A DNA stretch of 39,907 nt, taken from Stenotrophomonas sp. (lineage in GTDB: Bacteria; Pseudomonadota; Gammaproteobacteria; Xanthomonadales; Xanthomonadaceae). Where the stretch lies: the NCBI GenBank assembly GCA_003525885.1, contig DQIG01000296.1:736-40642 (forward strand). Reading direction: 5' to 3'. A program made the position numbers and the translations under genes. This document shows positions 18,827 through 28,810 of this stretch, one piece after another (position 1 is the stretch's first letter; every line of letters begins with the position of its first letter). Under the pieces are notes generated by a model. That model worked only from the letters and a program-made list of their open reading frames with translations. It searched no databases and was not told where the DNA came from.

Positions 18827-20542
18827 ATGCAGGAACTCGAACAGCGTCTCCAGCAACGTTTCCCCGATTGGTTCCATGGCCGTCGCGGCCAACTGGCGCG
18901 GCCGTTGCTGCGCAGCGTCGGCCGCTGGTCGCGCCTGGACCAGATCGAGGCCTTCCTGCAGCGCAGTTCAGGCCTGAGCGGTTTCGGTTTCGTCGCCGCC
19001 GGCCTGGAGTTCATCGACGGCCAGTACCAGGTGGATCCGGCCGCGCTGGCGAAGATCCCGGCCACCGGCCGCCTGCTGATCGTCGCCAACCATCCATCCG
19101 GGGCGCTGGACGCACTGGCCCTGCTGGACGCGGTCGGCCGTATCCGCCGCGATGTGCGGATCGTGGCCAACGACCTGCTGGGCGCGATCGCGCCGCTGCA
19201 GGATCTGCTGTTGCCGGTGCGCATCCTGGGTGGCAAGGCCCAGCGCGGCAGCCTGCATGCGGTGGAGGAAGCATTGGCCGCTGAGCAGTGCGTGATCGTG
19301 TTCCCGGCCGGCGAGGTCTCGCGGCTGTCGCTGCGCGGCATCCGCGACGGCCGTTGGCAGCGGGGATTCGTCCGCTTTGCCCGCGCGGCCGGGGCGCCGG
19401 TGCTGCCGGTGCGGGTGGAAGCGCGCAACTCTGCGCTGTTCTATGGCGCCTCGACCCTGTTCAAGCCGGCCGGTACCGCGCTGCTGGCGCGCGAGATGTT
19501 CACCCGTCGTGGCCGCCCGCTGCGGCTGAGCATTGGTGAGCCAATGCAGCTGGGCAAGGGCGGCGACCCGGGCGCACAACTGCTGGCCGTGCGCCGCGCG
19601 CTGTACGCGCTGGGTCGAAACGGCGCGGCCGGCAATGCCGCTGCCTTCGCAGGCCCCGAGCCACTGGCGTCCCCCATACCGCCTTCGCAGGTCGCCGCCG
19701 GCATCGCCGCGGCGACCCAGCTGGGCCAGACCGCCGATGGCAAGCAGATCCTGCTGGCGACCTGTACCGCCGATTCACCGCTGCTGCTGGAACTGGGCCG
19801 CCTGCGCGAGCTGACCTTCCGCCAGGTGGGCGAGGGCACAGGACGCAGCCGAGACCTGGACGACTACGACCCGCAGTACGAACACATCGTGATCTGGGAC
19901 GCGGCGGCGCAGCGCATCGCCGGTGCCTACCGGATCATGCGAGGCGCCCAGGCACTGGCCCGGCACGGCCTGTCCGGACTCTACAGCGCGTCGCTGTTCC
20001 GCTATTCCGACGATGCCATCACCCACATCGCCGAGGGCCTGGAACTGGGCCGCAGCTTCGTGGTGCCTGACTACTGGGGCAGCCGCAGCCTGGACTACCT
20101 GTGGCAGGGCATCGGTGCCTACCTGCAGTGCCGGCCGGGCATCCGCTACCTGTTCGGCGCAGTGTCGATCAGTGCGGCGCTGCCACGCGATGCGCGCGAG
20201 CAGCTGGTGGCGTACTACCAGCGCTACTACAGCGGTAGCGCCGGCCTGGCCGAATCGAACCGCCCCTTCCAGTACTTCGCTGCGCCGCCGAGTTTCGGCG
20301 AGCTGGATGCAGGCGCAGCCTTCGATGTACTCAAGGCCAACCTGGCCGCACTCGGCACCGGGGTGCCGACGCTGTATCGCCAGTACACCGATCTGTGCGA
20401 ACCCGGTGGTGCGCGTTTCCTTGCTTTCGGCGTGGACCCTGACTTCAGTGATTCGATCGACGGCCTGATTGAAGTGGATCTGTGCGCGATTCGGCCGAAC
20501 AAACGCAAACGCTACCTGCGCGACGCGGGGACGCCGGCATGA
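18827..20542 (+). CDS. Bifunctional acyltransferase (N-terminal LPLAT plus C-terminal GNAT-like domain), OlsF-like amino-lipid synthase
   Basis: NHPSGALD (HX4D) and VFPAGEVSR acyltransferase blocks; C-terminal [14 protein letters not shown]...DLDDYD...GAYR...LELGRSFV...LWQGIGAYL. Confidence 0.85.
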   Translation: MQELEQRLQQRFPDWFHGRRGQLARPLLRSVGRWSRLDQIEAFLQRSSGLSGFGFVAAGLEFIDGQYQVDPAALAKIPATGRLLIVANHPSGALDALALLDAVGRIRRDVRIVANDLLGAIAPLQDLLLPVRILGGKAQRGSLHAVEEALAAEQCVIVFPAGEVSRLSLRGIRDGRWQRGFVRFARAAGAPVLPVRVEARNSALFYGASTLFKPAGTALLAREMFTRRGRPLRLSIGEPMQLGKGGDPGAQLLAVRRALYALGRNGAAGNAAAFAGPEPLASPIPPSQVAAGIAAATQLGQTADGKQILLATCTADSPLLLELGRLRELTFRQVGEGTGRSRDLDDYDPQYEHIVIWDAAAQRIAGAYRIMRGAQALARHGLSGLYSASLFRYSDDAITHIAEGLELGRSFVVPDYWGSRSLDYLWQGIGAYLQCRPGIRYLFGAVSISAALPRDAREQLVAYYQRYYSGSAGLAESNRPFQYFAAPPSFGELDAGAAFDVLKANLAALGTGVPTLYRQYTDLCEPGGARFLAFGVDPDFSDSIDGLIEVDLCAIRPNKRKRYLRDAGTPA

Positions 20543-21339
20543 GCACGCTGGCGAACCTGTCGCCGCACCGGCGCGCAGTGTTCGTCTCCGACGTGCACCT
20601 GGGCTCACGTCATTGCCATGCCACCGAGCTGGCGCGGTTCCTCTCGCAGCTGCGCTGCGAACGGCTGTACCTGGTCGGCGACATCATCGACCTGTGGTGG
20701 ATGGCGCATCGTCGCGCCAACTGGCGGCAGTCGCACAGTGAAGTCATCCAGGCCCTGCATGCGCTGCGCCGTGCAGGGACCGAGATCATCTACATCCCCG
20801 GCAACCACGACGCATCGCTGCGCCACATATGCGGGGTGATGCTGCCGGCGATGCAGGTGCGCCGCCGGGCCATCCACGTGACCGCCGATGGCCGCAGGTT
20901 GCTGGTCGCACACGGCGACGAGTACGACGGCGTGACCCACTTCGGTGGCCTGCAGGAGAAATTCGGCGACTGGTTGTATTACCGCATCCTCACCGGCAAC
21001 CAGGCCTTGAATGCGGTACGGCGCCGGCTGGGCATGCGCTACTGGTCGCTGTCGGAGTTCCTGAAGAAGCGCAGCGGGGCCGCCGAGCGCTACATCGAGC
21101 GTTTCGTGCAGGCCGGGCTGGACGACGTGCGCCGGCGTGGCCTGGACGGCATTGTCTGCGGCCATATCCACCGCGCGGCGCTGGTCGAACGCGATGGCCT
21201 GGTCTACGCCAACGACGGCGACTGGGTGGAGAGCCTGACTGCACTGGCCGAAGATCATGATGGTGCGCTGCGCCTGCTCGACCACAACGGCCAGACCCTG
21301 GTGGAACTGCCGGGCGCGCGCTTGTCGCAGGCGGCGTAA
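20539..21339 (+). CDS. Calcineurin-like metallophosphoesterase, LpxH-like family, PlcP (phospholipase C)-type
   Basis: SDVHLG, GDIID, PGNHD, HGD, CGHIH and NDGDWVES.TAL motifs; ATGA overlap with the upstream gene. Confidence 0.88.
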   Translation: MSTLANLSPHRRAVFVSDVHLGSRHCHATELARFLSQLRCERLYLVGDIIDLWWMAHRRANWRQSHSEVIQALHALRRAGTEIIYIPGNHDASLRHICGVMLPAMQVRRRAIHVTADGRRLLVAHGDEYDGVTHFGGLQEKFGDWLYYRILTGNQALNAVRRRLGMRYWSLSEFLKKRSGAAERYIERFVQAGLDDVRRRGLDGIVCGHIHRAALVERDGLVYANDGDWVESLTALAEDHDGALRLLDHNGQTLVELPGARLSQAA

Positions 21340-21348
21340 CTCCTTTCC

Positions 21349-21434
21349 GTAGAGTCGACTGTTAGTCGACTGCTCTTCCACCTCCTGCGGTAACCACGCG
21401 CTACGCGCGATAGTCGACTAACAGTCGACTCTAC
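21349..21434. repeat. Inverted REP dimer (GTAGAGTCGACTGTTAGTCGACT class)
   Basis: gtagagtcgactgttagtcgact ... agtcgactaacagtcgactctac, a perfect 23-bp inverted pair. Confidence 0.9.
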
Positions 21435-21488
21435 AGAAGCGGCGCCCGGGAGTGAGACGGCGCGCCCGCAAGCCGCTAGCATCAAGCC

Positions 21489-22535
21489 ATGGATTCATTG
21501 ACCCAGATCGTGCTCGGCGGCGCAGTCGCTGCTGCCATCGCTCCGCCCGGCCATCGCCGCGCGGCCCTGCTGGCCGGTGCCGCGCTCGGCACTCTGCCGG
21601 ACCTCGACGCCCTGTGGCTGGGCTTCACCGCTGCCGACCCGGTGGCGAACATGATCGAGCATCGCAGCTTCAGCCATTCGCTGCTGGTGTTGCCCTGGGT
21701 GGCGGCGCTGATCTGGTGGCTGTTCAAACGCTTCGGCAACGGGCGGGTCGCACAGTCACCGATGCGCTGGTTCTGGGCGATCATGCTGGCGTTGGTCACC
21801 CATCCCGTGCTCGATGCGTTCACCGTGTATGGCACGCAGCTGTGGTGGCCGTTGCGGCCGCACCCGGCCATGGGTTCCAGCGTCTTCATCATCGACCCGG
21901 GCTACACGGTGTGGCTGCTGCTGGGCTGCGCGCTGGCCTGGTTTGGCCGCGCCCGGCCCTGGGTGGGAAAGGTGCTGGGCGTGGCGCTGCTGCTCAGCAG
22001 TGGCTACCTGGGTTGGGGCCTGATCGCCAAGGCGCAGGTCGACCGCGCCGCGCAGCAGGGCCTGGCCGCGATGGGCCTGGGCGACGCCCCCCGCTTCTCG
22101 GTGCCGATGCCGTTCAACACCCTGCTGTGGCGGGTGGTGGCGATGACGCCCAGCGGCTACGTGGTGGGAGACCGCTCGCTGGTGGCCGACCACGGGCCGA
22201 TGCGGTTCGAAGGCCATGCGTCCAACGTGCAGGCGTTGCGCGAAGCGGGGGCCATCCCGGCGGTGCAGCAGCTGCAGTGGTTCAACCGCGGCTTCATGCG
22301 TGCGCAGGTCGTGGACGGCCGGCTGGTGCTGAGCGACCTGCGCATGGGGCTGGAGCCCGACTACACCTTCAACTTCGTCGTGGCCGAGCAGGCCGACGGG
22401 CAGTGGCGGGCGATCGTTCCCGAACAGGTGCGGGTGGATTACAGCAGTCCCGCTGCGCGTGCCGACGCCGGTCGACGGCTGGCCGCGATGTGGCAGCGGA
22501 TCTGGCATGCGCCCGCGGCCGGCGCCGTTGAGTAG
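21489..22535 (+). CDS. YdjM-like inner-membrane metal-dependent hydrolase
   Basis: MDSLTQIVLG, LPDLD, HRSFSHSL, THPVLDAFTVYGT motifs; several TM segments. Confidence 0.9.
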   Translation: MDSLTQIVLGGAVAAAIAPPGHRRAALLAGAALGTLPDLDALWLGFTAADPVANMIEHRSFSHSLLVLPWVAALIWWLFKRFGNGRVAQSPMRWFWAIMLALVTHPVLDAFTVYGTQLWWPLRPHPAMGSSVFIIDPGYTVWLLLGCALAWFGRARPWVGKVLGVALLLSSGYLGWGLIAKAQVDRAAQQGLAAMGLGDAPRFSVPMPFNTLLWRVVAMTPSGYVVGDRSLVADHGPMRFEGHASNVQALREAGAIPAVQQLQWFNRGFMRAQVVDGRLVLSDLRMGLEPDYTFNFVVAEQADGQWRAIVPEQVRVDYSSPAARADAGRRLAAMWQRIWHAPAAGAVE

Positions 22536-22597
22536 ATCCACGCCATGCGTGGATGAAGGGACATCGACGGTGGCAGCCACGCATGGCGTGGCTCTAC
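22532..22597. repeat. Inverted REP dimer; its GTAG head supplies the upstream gene's TAG stop
   Basis: gtagatccacgccatgcgtggat ... agccacgcatggcgtggctctac. Confidence 0.88.
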
Positions 22598-22615
22598 CGG
22601 CAGTGCCGCGTCGGC

Positions 22616-23443
22616 TCAATACACCGTGGCGCGGCCCTGCACGAACGAGTAGAAGAACACCGCATTCGGGTCGTTCTGCACCAGGCGGAACTCGCGGCGC
22701 ATGCCTTCCACGGTTTCCTCGTCCACCGAGCCGGCCTGCAGCAGCTGGTCGGCCGCCGACAGCAGCAGCTGTTCCCAGAACGCGATCATTGTCTTGCGAC
22801 GTGCCGGTTCACGGTTGTCCAGGTGGATGGTCTTGATCTCGGTATGCACGTCGCGGAAGCCGCCGGCCAGCAGCAGGTTGCCCAGCTTGGCGCCAACGAA
22901 CGGGTCACCCCCGTGGTCGTACTGGAAGTCGTTGAAGGCCATCCAGTAGCGCCAGATGTGCGGCGAATACGGGTCGAGCAGGAACGAGGCATTCATCACT
23001 TCGGTGATGTAGACCGGCGAACCCGGTGCCAGCACGCGGCGCACTTCGCTCAGCACACGGGCAGGGGAGGGGACGTGTTCCAGCACCCAGCACAGGAACG
23101 CCGCGTCGAAGCTGCGCGCCTCGAACGGCAGCTCACCGGCGTCGGCCTGCTGCAGGGTGTAGCGATCGCTGCACCACGGCGTGCGCGCCAGGTTCTCGCG
23201 TGCGGTGGCCAGCTGCGTTTCGCTCAGGTCCACGCCGGTCACGTGCAGCTCGGGGAAGCGGCGCAGCAGGATCTCGGTCTGTGCGCCCACGCCGCTGCCG
23301 ACTTCCAGCAGGCGCCGTGCGCCGCTGTAGTCGATCTGGCCGAAGATGCTCGATTCCAGCAGGCGCGCCTGGGTCATCAGGCGCTGCTGCTCGGTGCCGG
23401 AAAACCCGTGCAGGTAGGTCGGGGAGGAAATCGGCGGGGTCAT
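22616..23443 (-). CDS. Class I SAM-dependent methyltransferase
   Basis: LLEVGSGVG motif I, GVDLS, DAGELPF...FDAA..CWVLEHV, RVLAPG. Confidence 0.93.
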   Translation of the reverse strand: MTPPISSPTYLHGFSGTEQQRLMTQARLLESSIFGQIDYSGARRLLEVGSGVGAQTEILLRRFPELHVTGVDLSETQLATARENLARTPWCSDRYTLQQADAGELPFEARSFDAAFLCWVLEHVPSPARVLSEVRRVLAPGSPVYITEVMNASFLLDPYSPHIWRYWMAFNDFQYDHGGDPFVGAKLGNLLLAGGFRDVHTEIKTIHLDNREPARRKTMIAFWEQLLLSAADQLLQAGSVDEETVEGMRREFRLVQNDPNAVFFYSFVQGRATVY

Positions 23444-23453
23444 GGCGGCAGGC

Positions 23454-24449
23454 TCAGGCGGCGGAAGACAGCGCCGGTTCCCCGGCGATCAGGCGGTCGA
23501 AGTATTCGGTGGTCAATGCGACCTGGCTGGCCGGGTCTTCGGCGCGGTTGACCACGGCGCGGAAGGCGGCGTTCTCCGGCCGGTCCTTGGCATACCAGCC
23601 CAGGTGCTTGCGGGCAATGCGCACGCCCTGGGGTTCGCCGTAGAACGCATGCAGCGCATGCAGGTGGCCGAGCAGGATGTCGCGCACTTCCTCCAGCGAC
23701 GGCGGCGGAAGCTCCTCGCCGGTGGCCAGGTAGTGCGCTACCTCGCGGAAGATCCACGGCCGGCCCTGGGCGGAACGGCCGATCATCACCGCGTCCACGC
23801 CGGTCTGCTGCAGCACGTAGGCGGCCTTCTGCGGCGAATCGATATCGCCGTTGGCGATCACCGGAATGCGCAGTGCGGCCTTGATCTCACCGATCGTCGC
23901 GTACTCGGCTTGGCCGGTGTAATGCTGGTCGCGGGTGCGGCCATGCACGGCCAGTGCAGCGATACCGCTGTCCTCGGCGATGCGCGCGATCACCGGACCA
24001 TTGCGGTGGTCGCAGTCCCAACCGGTGCGGATCTTCAGTGTGACCGGCACGTTCACCGCGTTGACCACGGCTTCGAGGATGCGCGCCACCAGCTGCTCAT
24101 CGCGCATCAGCGCCGAACCGGCCCAGGCGTTGCACACCTTCTTGGCCGGGCAGCCCATGTTGATGTCGATGATCTGCGCACCGTGGTCGACGTTGTAGCG
24201 TGCGGCCTCGGCCAGCTGCTGCGGCTCGGTGCCGGCGATCTGCACGCTGATCGGTGCCGGTTCGCCGTCATGGTCCATGCGGTGGATCGACTTGCGCGTG
24301 TTCCAGAAGCGCGGGTCGCTGATGGTCATTTCCGAGGCGGCCAGTCCCGCACCCAGCCGTTTGCACAGCAGGCGGAAGGGCTTGTCGGTGACGCCGGCCA
24401 TGGGCGCCAGCACGACGTTGGGGGCAATGGTGTACGGGCCGATCTGCAT
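23454..24449 (-). CDS. dusB: tRNA-dihydrouridine synthase B
   Basis: LAPMAGVTDKPFR, DINMGCPAKKV, PVTLKIRTGW, VHGRTR, ANGDI, ARKHLGWY. Confidence 0.95.
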   Translation of the reverse strand: MQIGPYTIAPNVVLAPMAGVTDKPFRLLCKRLGAGLAASEMTISDPRFWNTRKSIHRMDHDGEPAPISVQIAGTEPQQLAEAARYNVDHGAQIIDINMGCPAKKVCNAWAGSALMRDEQLVARILEAVVNAVNVPVTLKIRTGWDCDHRNGPVIARIAEDSGIAALAVHGRTRDQHYTGQAEYATIGEIKAALRIPVIANGDIDSPQKAAYVLQQTGVDAVMIGRSAQGRPWIFREVAHYLATGEELPPPSLEEVRDILLGHLHALHAFYGEPQGVRIARKHLGWYAKDRPENAAFRAVVNRAEDPASQVALTTEYFDRLIAGEPALSSAA

Positions 24450-24596
24450 GCGCCCATTGTAGGGCGCGGGCGGCGGTACGGCCGTGCCAGGCGCGGTCCG
24501 GTTCAGGCCGATCGGCACCGACCTCATGCCGTACCGGCATCAGCAGATGCTTGACGGTTGCTTCCGCCGCCCCCAAGGGCGGGCGATGGTGGGCGG

Positions 24597-25028
24597 CTAG
24601 CCCAGGCTCTGCCAGGCCTGGCGGGTACCCAGGGCGAAGGCCAGCGCAAGGCCCAGGCAGGCCAGCGAGCTGGCGGCCCAGAAGCGCACGCCGTTGTAGC
24701 CGGGGCGGAACAGCGCCAGGCCAAAGCCCATTGCGGCGCGCAGCAGCAGCAAGGCAGCGATGGCGGGCAGGACCAGGCGGCTGGCCGGCAGCGGCGAATG
24801 CCAGCCCGCAGCGGCCAGTGCGTACAGCGTCCAGGCCACCAGCACGGCAGTAATGCCGGCGGTCATCAGCGGCGGCCACCAGTGCCCCGCATGCGCCAGG
24901 TGGACCATGCGCTGGCCGGCACCGAAGTACCTGTACCAAGGGGCGCCAAAGGCGATGCAGCCGATATGCAGCAGGGCCGCAATGGCACTGCCGGCGGCCG
25001 CCACCAGCAACCAGGGGAATCCGTCCAT
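24597..25028 (-). CDS. Small hypothetical membrane protein with about four TM segments
   Basis: Hydrophobic segments; LHIGCI.FGAPWYRYFGAG motif; AGGA RBS before the ATG at 25028. Confidence 0.75.
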   Translation of the reverse strand: MDGFPWLLVAAAGSAIAALLHIGCIAFGAPWYRYFGAGQRMVHLAHAGHWWPPLMTAGITAVLVAWTLYALAAAGWHSPLPASRLVLPAIAALLLLRAAMGFGLALFRPGYNGVRFWAASSLACLGLALAFALGTRQAWQSLG

Positions 25029-25157
25029 GTCCTGCCCGTGCAAGGAAGCTGCGCGGATGGTCGGCGAGGGGCAGGGTGTGGGCAATGCGGCAGGCGGTCG
25101 CAGGGCTGGGAAATGGGCAAAAGAAAGGCCCGGGTGTCTGCACATCCGGGCCCTTTC

Positions 25158-25180
25158 ATCCACGCATGGCGTGGATCTAC
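25158..25180 (-). repeat. Single GTAG REP supplying the ribokinase stop codon
   Basis: atccacgcatggcgtggatctac; minus-strand TAG at 25177-25179. Confidence 0.85.
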
Positions 25181-26142
25181 TTCACTTCAGCGTCGGCCGG
25201 GGTGAAGCGCGGCATCGCCGCAGCGGCGCCTTCCTTCTCGGTCGAACGACCGGCGAACTGGTTGGCGAAGCGCACGTGGCGGGCGAACGGGGCGTCGGCC
25301 ACCTGTGCCAGCGACGCGGCCAGCGCGCCGTTGAAGGCGTCACCGGCACCGGTGGTGTCGATTGCCTGCACCTGCTCGGCGCCCACGCGGTAGTACGGCT
25401 GGGTATCGCCACGCAGGTTCTCGTCGGCATGCGATACGAACACGCCCACCGAACCCAGGGTCACCACCACGGTGCCGTTGCCGACCAGCTTGCGGCACAG
25501 CGCGTGCAGGCTGGCGCCATCCAGCGCGGCGACATCGTTGGCATCCACGCGCTCACCGACATGGCGGCCGAGCAGGGCGGCGAACTCGGTCTCGTTCGGG
25601 GTGATCACATCGGCCAGCTTGAGCAGGCCGATGGTCGAGGGCGCGTCGGCCGGTGCGGTATTGAGCACGGTGGTGACGCCGGCCTCGCGGGCCGTGGCCA
25701 GCGCCGCCTCGATGGTCTGCACCGGCGATTCCAGCTGTACCAGCACCACCTTGGCGCTGGTCAGCAGGGCCTGCTGCTGTTGCAGGAAATCGGTGCTCAG
25801 CGCGGCGTTGGCACCGGGGCCGATCACGATGGTGTTGCGGCCGCGGGCGTCGACATAGATGCCCGCGGTGCCGGTCGGCTCGCTGCTGGCTTCGGCGATC
25901 AGGCCGAAGCCATCCTGTGCAGCCAGTTCGCGCGCGGTGGCGCCACCGGCGTCATCGCCCAGCGCGCACACGAAGTGGGTGTCGGCGCCGGCGCGGCAGG
26001 CTGCCACGGCCTGGTTGAAGCCCTTGCCACCCGGGCCGGTGCTGTAGCGGCCGGCAATGGTCGCACCCGGTGCCGGCAGCGACTCGCACCGCCACACGTG
26101 ATCGACATTGAAGGAACCGACGACAACGACACTGCTGCTCAT
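25177..26142 (-). CDS. rbsK: Ribokinase (PfkB family)
   Basis: VVVGSFNVD, GGKGFNQAVA, PNETE and DTTGAGDAFNG signatures. Confidence 0.9.
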   Translation of the reverse strand: MSSSVVVVGSFNVDHVWRCESLPAPGATIAGRYSTGPGGKGFNQAVAACRAGADTHFVCALGDDAGGATARELAAQDGFGLIAEASSEPTGTAGIYVDARGRNTIVIGPGANAALSTDFLQQQQALLTSAKVVLVQLESPVQTIEAALATAREAGVTTVLNTAPADAPSTIGLLKLADVITPNETEFAALLGRHVGERVDANDVAALDGASLHALCRKLVGNGTVVVTLGSVGVFVSHADENLRGDTQPYYRVGAEQVQAIDTTGAGDAFNGALAASLAQVADAPFARHVRFANQFAGRSTEKEGAAAAMPRFTPADAEVK

Positions 26143-26167
26143 AGGGAATCTTTTCTCAACCAAGGGT

Positions 26168-27466
26168 TCAACTGAAGTGCGTCAGCACGCCGGCGATGGT
26201 CGCCGTCATGAAGGTGGCAATGGTACCGCCCAACACCGCGCGCAGGCCGAACTTGGCCAGATCGTGGCGACGTTCCGGAGCCAGGCCGCCGATACCGCCG
26301 ATCTGGATCGCGATCGAGCTGAAGTTGGCAAAGCCGCACAGCGCGTAGGTGGCGATCAGGCGACCTTCTTCGGACAGGCTCACGCCCGCCACCTGGCCGT
26401 TCACGATCTGCGACAGTTCGGTGTAGGCCACGAACTCGTTGATCACGACCTTCTGGCCGATCAACGAACCGACGGTGGTCGCATCGGCCCACGGGGTACC
26501 GATCACCCAGGCGATGGGGGCCAGCACGTAACCGAAGATGGTCGACAGGTTGGTCGGCTTGCCGATGGCAGCGGCCAGGCCGGTCACATCGCCGATCCAG
26601 GTCAGCGGGGCGTTCAGCAGCGCGATCAGGGCGATGAAGGCCAGCAGCATCGCGCCGATGTTCAGCGCCAGCTTCAGGCCGTCACCGGCACCGGCGGCGG
26701 CCGCGTCGATGATGTTGCTGGAGGTCTTTTCGACTTCCATCTTCACCGTGCCGCGGGTCAGCGGGGTGCCGGTTTCCGGAATCAGCAGCTTGGCCACGAC
26801 CAGGGTAGCCGGGGCCGCCATGATGCTGGCCGCCAGCAGATGCTTGGCGTAGAAGGCCTGCTGCGCCGGGTCGCCACCGCCGAGCATGCCGACGTAGGCC
26901 GCCAGCACGCCACCGGCGATGTGGGCCATACCGCCGATCATCATGGTCAGCAGCTCGGACTGGGTCATCTTGGCGATGTACGGGCGCACGGTCAGCGGCG
27001 CCTCGGTCTGGCCGATGAAGACGCTGGCGCAGACGCTGGTGGTTTCCGCGCCGGACACGCGCATCACCTTGGTGATCGACCAGGCCATCACGCGGACGAT
27101 GCCCTGCATGACGTTGAGGTGGTACATCACCCCCATCAGCGCCGAGAAGAAGATGATGGTCGGCAGCACCTGGAAGGCGAAGATGAAGCCGTAGTTCTTG
27201 GTGTCCATCAACGAGCCGAAAATGAAGCCCGAGCCCTCGTTGACGAAGCTGAGAATCTTGACGAAGCCCTTGCCCAGCGCGTCGAACACGTCGCGCCCGC
27301 CCGGCACCAGGATCACCAGCGCCGCGAACGCGATCTGCAGGGTGATACCGGTGGCAACCAGCTTCCAGTCAACCGCACGCTTGTTGTTGGAAAACAACCA
27401 GGTGATGCCGATCAGCACCGCCAACCCGAACAGGCCGAAGCCGATCCTGCCCAAACCTTCGACCAT
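26168..27466 (-). CDS. Concentrative nucleoside transporter (NupC/CNT family)
   Basis: FAFQVLPTIIFFSAL, FIGQTEAPL, KVVINEFVAY, YALCGFANFSSIAIQIGG. Confidence 0.95.
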   Translation of the reverse strand: MVEGLGRIGFGLFGLAVLIGITWLFSNNKRAVDWKLVATGITLQIAFAALVILVPGGRDVFDALGKGFVKILSFVNEGSGFIFGSLMDTKNYGFIFAFQVLPTIIFFSALMGVMYHLNVMQGIVRVMAWSITKVMRVSGAETTSVCASVFIGQTEAPLTVRPYIAKMTQSELLTMMIGGMAHIAGGVLAAYVGMLGGGDPAQQAFYAKHLLAASIMAAPATLVVAKLLIPETGTPLTRGTVKMEVEKTSSNIIDAAAAGAGDGLKLALNIGAMLLAFIALIALLNAPLTWIGDVTGLAAAIGKPTNLSTIFGYVLAPIAWVIGTPWADATTVGSLIGQKVVINEFVAYTELSQIVNGQVAGVSLSEEGRLIATYALCGFANFSSIAIQIGGIGGLAPERRHDLAKFGLRAVLGGTIATFMTATIAGVLTHFS

Positions 27467-27659
27467 GTGAGTGACTCCCCTGGGGCGTCGCGAAAAACGG
27501 GAAGCCTAGTGCAGGGCAGGGGCCGGGGCAAGAAAAAGCAGCGTGCACGCACCCATCGGTGCCGATCAGGCCAGCAACGGCAAGGGCTTGCGGCCGGCGG
27601 CGGCAGGTAGAATGGGGCTCGATCCCGGCCCGGATGCGGGCCCGCAGCAGGAGATTCGC

Positions 27660-28631
27660 ATGCAATACCGTCGCCTGGGCTCTACCGGCCTGCCGATTTC
27701 CGCCCTGTCCTTCGGCGCCTGGGTGACCTTCGGTGACCAGATCCCGCGCGACGAGGCCCGCAATCTGGTGGCTGCCGCCTGGGACCACGGCGTCAACTTC
27801 TTCGACAACGCCGAGGGCTATGCCAACGGCCGCGCCGAACAGGTGATGGGTGATGTGATCGCCGACCTGCGCCTGCCGCGCGACGGCATCTGCGTCTCCA
27901 GCAAGGTGTTCTTCGGCAGCGCCAAGGACCCGCGGCCGACCCAGCGCGGGCTGTCGCGCAAGCACGTGACCGATGCCTGCCATGCCGCGCTCAAGCGCCT
28001 GCGGGTGGACTACCTGGACCTTTATTACTGCCATCGCCCGGATCCGGACGCGCCGATCGCCGAGACCGTGCATGCCATGGATACCCTGGTGCGGCAGGGC
28101 AAGATCCTCTATTGGGGTACCTCGGAGTGGTCGGCGCTGCAGATCCAGCAGGCGCTGGACATCGCCGAGGCGCGTAACCTGCAGGGCCCGTCGATGGAGC
28201 AGCCGCAGTACAACCTGCTGCACCGCGAGCGCGTCGAGGTCGAGTACGCGCCGCTGTATGCCGGTGCCGGGCTGGGCACCACCATCTTCTCGCCGCTGGC
28301 CTCGGGCCTGCTCAGCGGCAAGTACGACCAGGGCATTCCGGTCGACGCACGGCTGGGCCGCGAGGGCATGGAATGGCTGCAGGCGCTGGTGCTGGGGGAC
28401 GACACCGAAGCCCGCCTGGCCCAGGTGCGCCGTTTCAGCGAGGTGGCGCGTGCGCTGGGCCACGCCCCGGCCACGCTGGCCATCGCCTGGTGCCTGCGCA
28501 ATCCGAACGTCTCCAGCGTGATCCTCGGCGCCAGCCGGGTCAGCCAGCTGCTGCAGAACCTGCAGGCACTGGACGTGCTGGAGCAGGTCGACGCGGCTGG
28601 CTGGGCGCAGGTCGAGGCCGTCTTTGCCTGA
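27660..28631 (+). CDS. Aldo/keto reductase (Kv-beta-like)
   Basis: MQYRRLGSTGL, FDNAEGY..GRAE, DLYYCHRPD, YWGTSEW, QPQYNLL, SPLASGLLSGKY; AGGAG RBS. Confidence 0.93.
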   Translation: MQYRRLGSTGLPISALSFGAWVTFGDQIPRDEARNLVAAAWDHGVNFFDNAEGYANGRAEQVMGDVIADLRLPRDGICVSSKVFFGSAKDPRPTQRGLSRKHVTDACHAALKRLRVDYLDLYYCHRPDPDAPIAETVHAMDTLVRQGKILYWGTSEWSALQIQQALDIAEARNLQGPSMEQPQYNLLHRERVEVEYAPLYAGAGLGTTIFSPLASGLLSGKYDQGIPVDARLGREGMEWLQALVLGDDTEARLAQVRRFSEVARALGHAPATLAIAWCLRNPNVSSVILGASRVSQLLQNLQALDVLEQVDAAGWAQVEAVFA

Positions 28632-28640
28632 CAGCCCTTT

Positions 28641-28666
28641 GCAGAGTCGGGCCGTGCTCGACTCTA
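28641..28666 (-). repeat. Degenerate GTAG REP
   Basis: agagtcgggccgtgctcgactctac hairpin ending in ctac. Confidence 0.65.
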
Positions 28667-28763
28667 CAAAAGCGCTGTGCCCGCCTTTTGATTGATGCTG
28701 GCTATCGAATTTTCAAATTCGATCATTAATCTCATCAATGAAATTGAGAATGGTTGTTGATTG

Positions 28764-28788
28764 TCAACTGAGAATCATTATCATTTGA
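28764..28788 (+). promoter_or_regulatory. Fur box upstream of hemP
   Basis: TGAGAAT-C-ATTATCA (28769-28783) differs by one base from the 7-1-7 consensus TGATAAT-N-ATTATCA; lies in an AT-rich island. Confidence 0.88.
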
Positions 28789-28810
28789 CTCGTCCCTCGC
28801 ACGAGTCCAG

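Noticed and set aside
20539..21339. Call as lipid A biosynthesis lpxH
   Set aside because: GNHD rather than GNRD, plus operon context, favour the PlcP-like subfamily; symbol withheld
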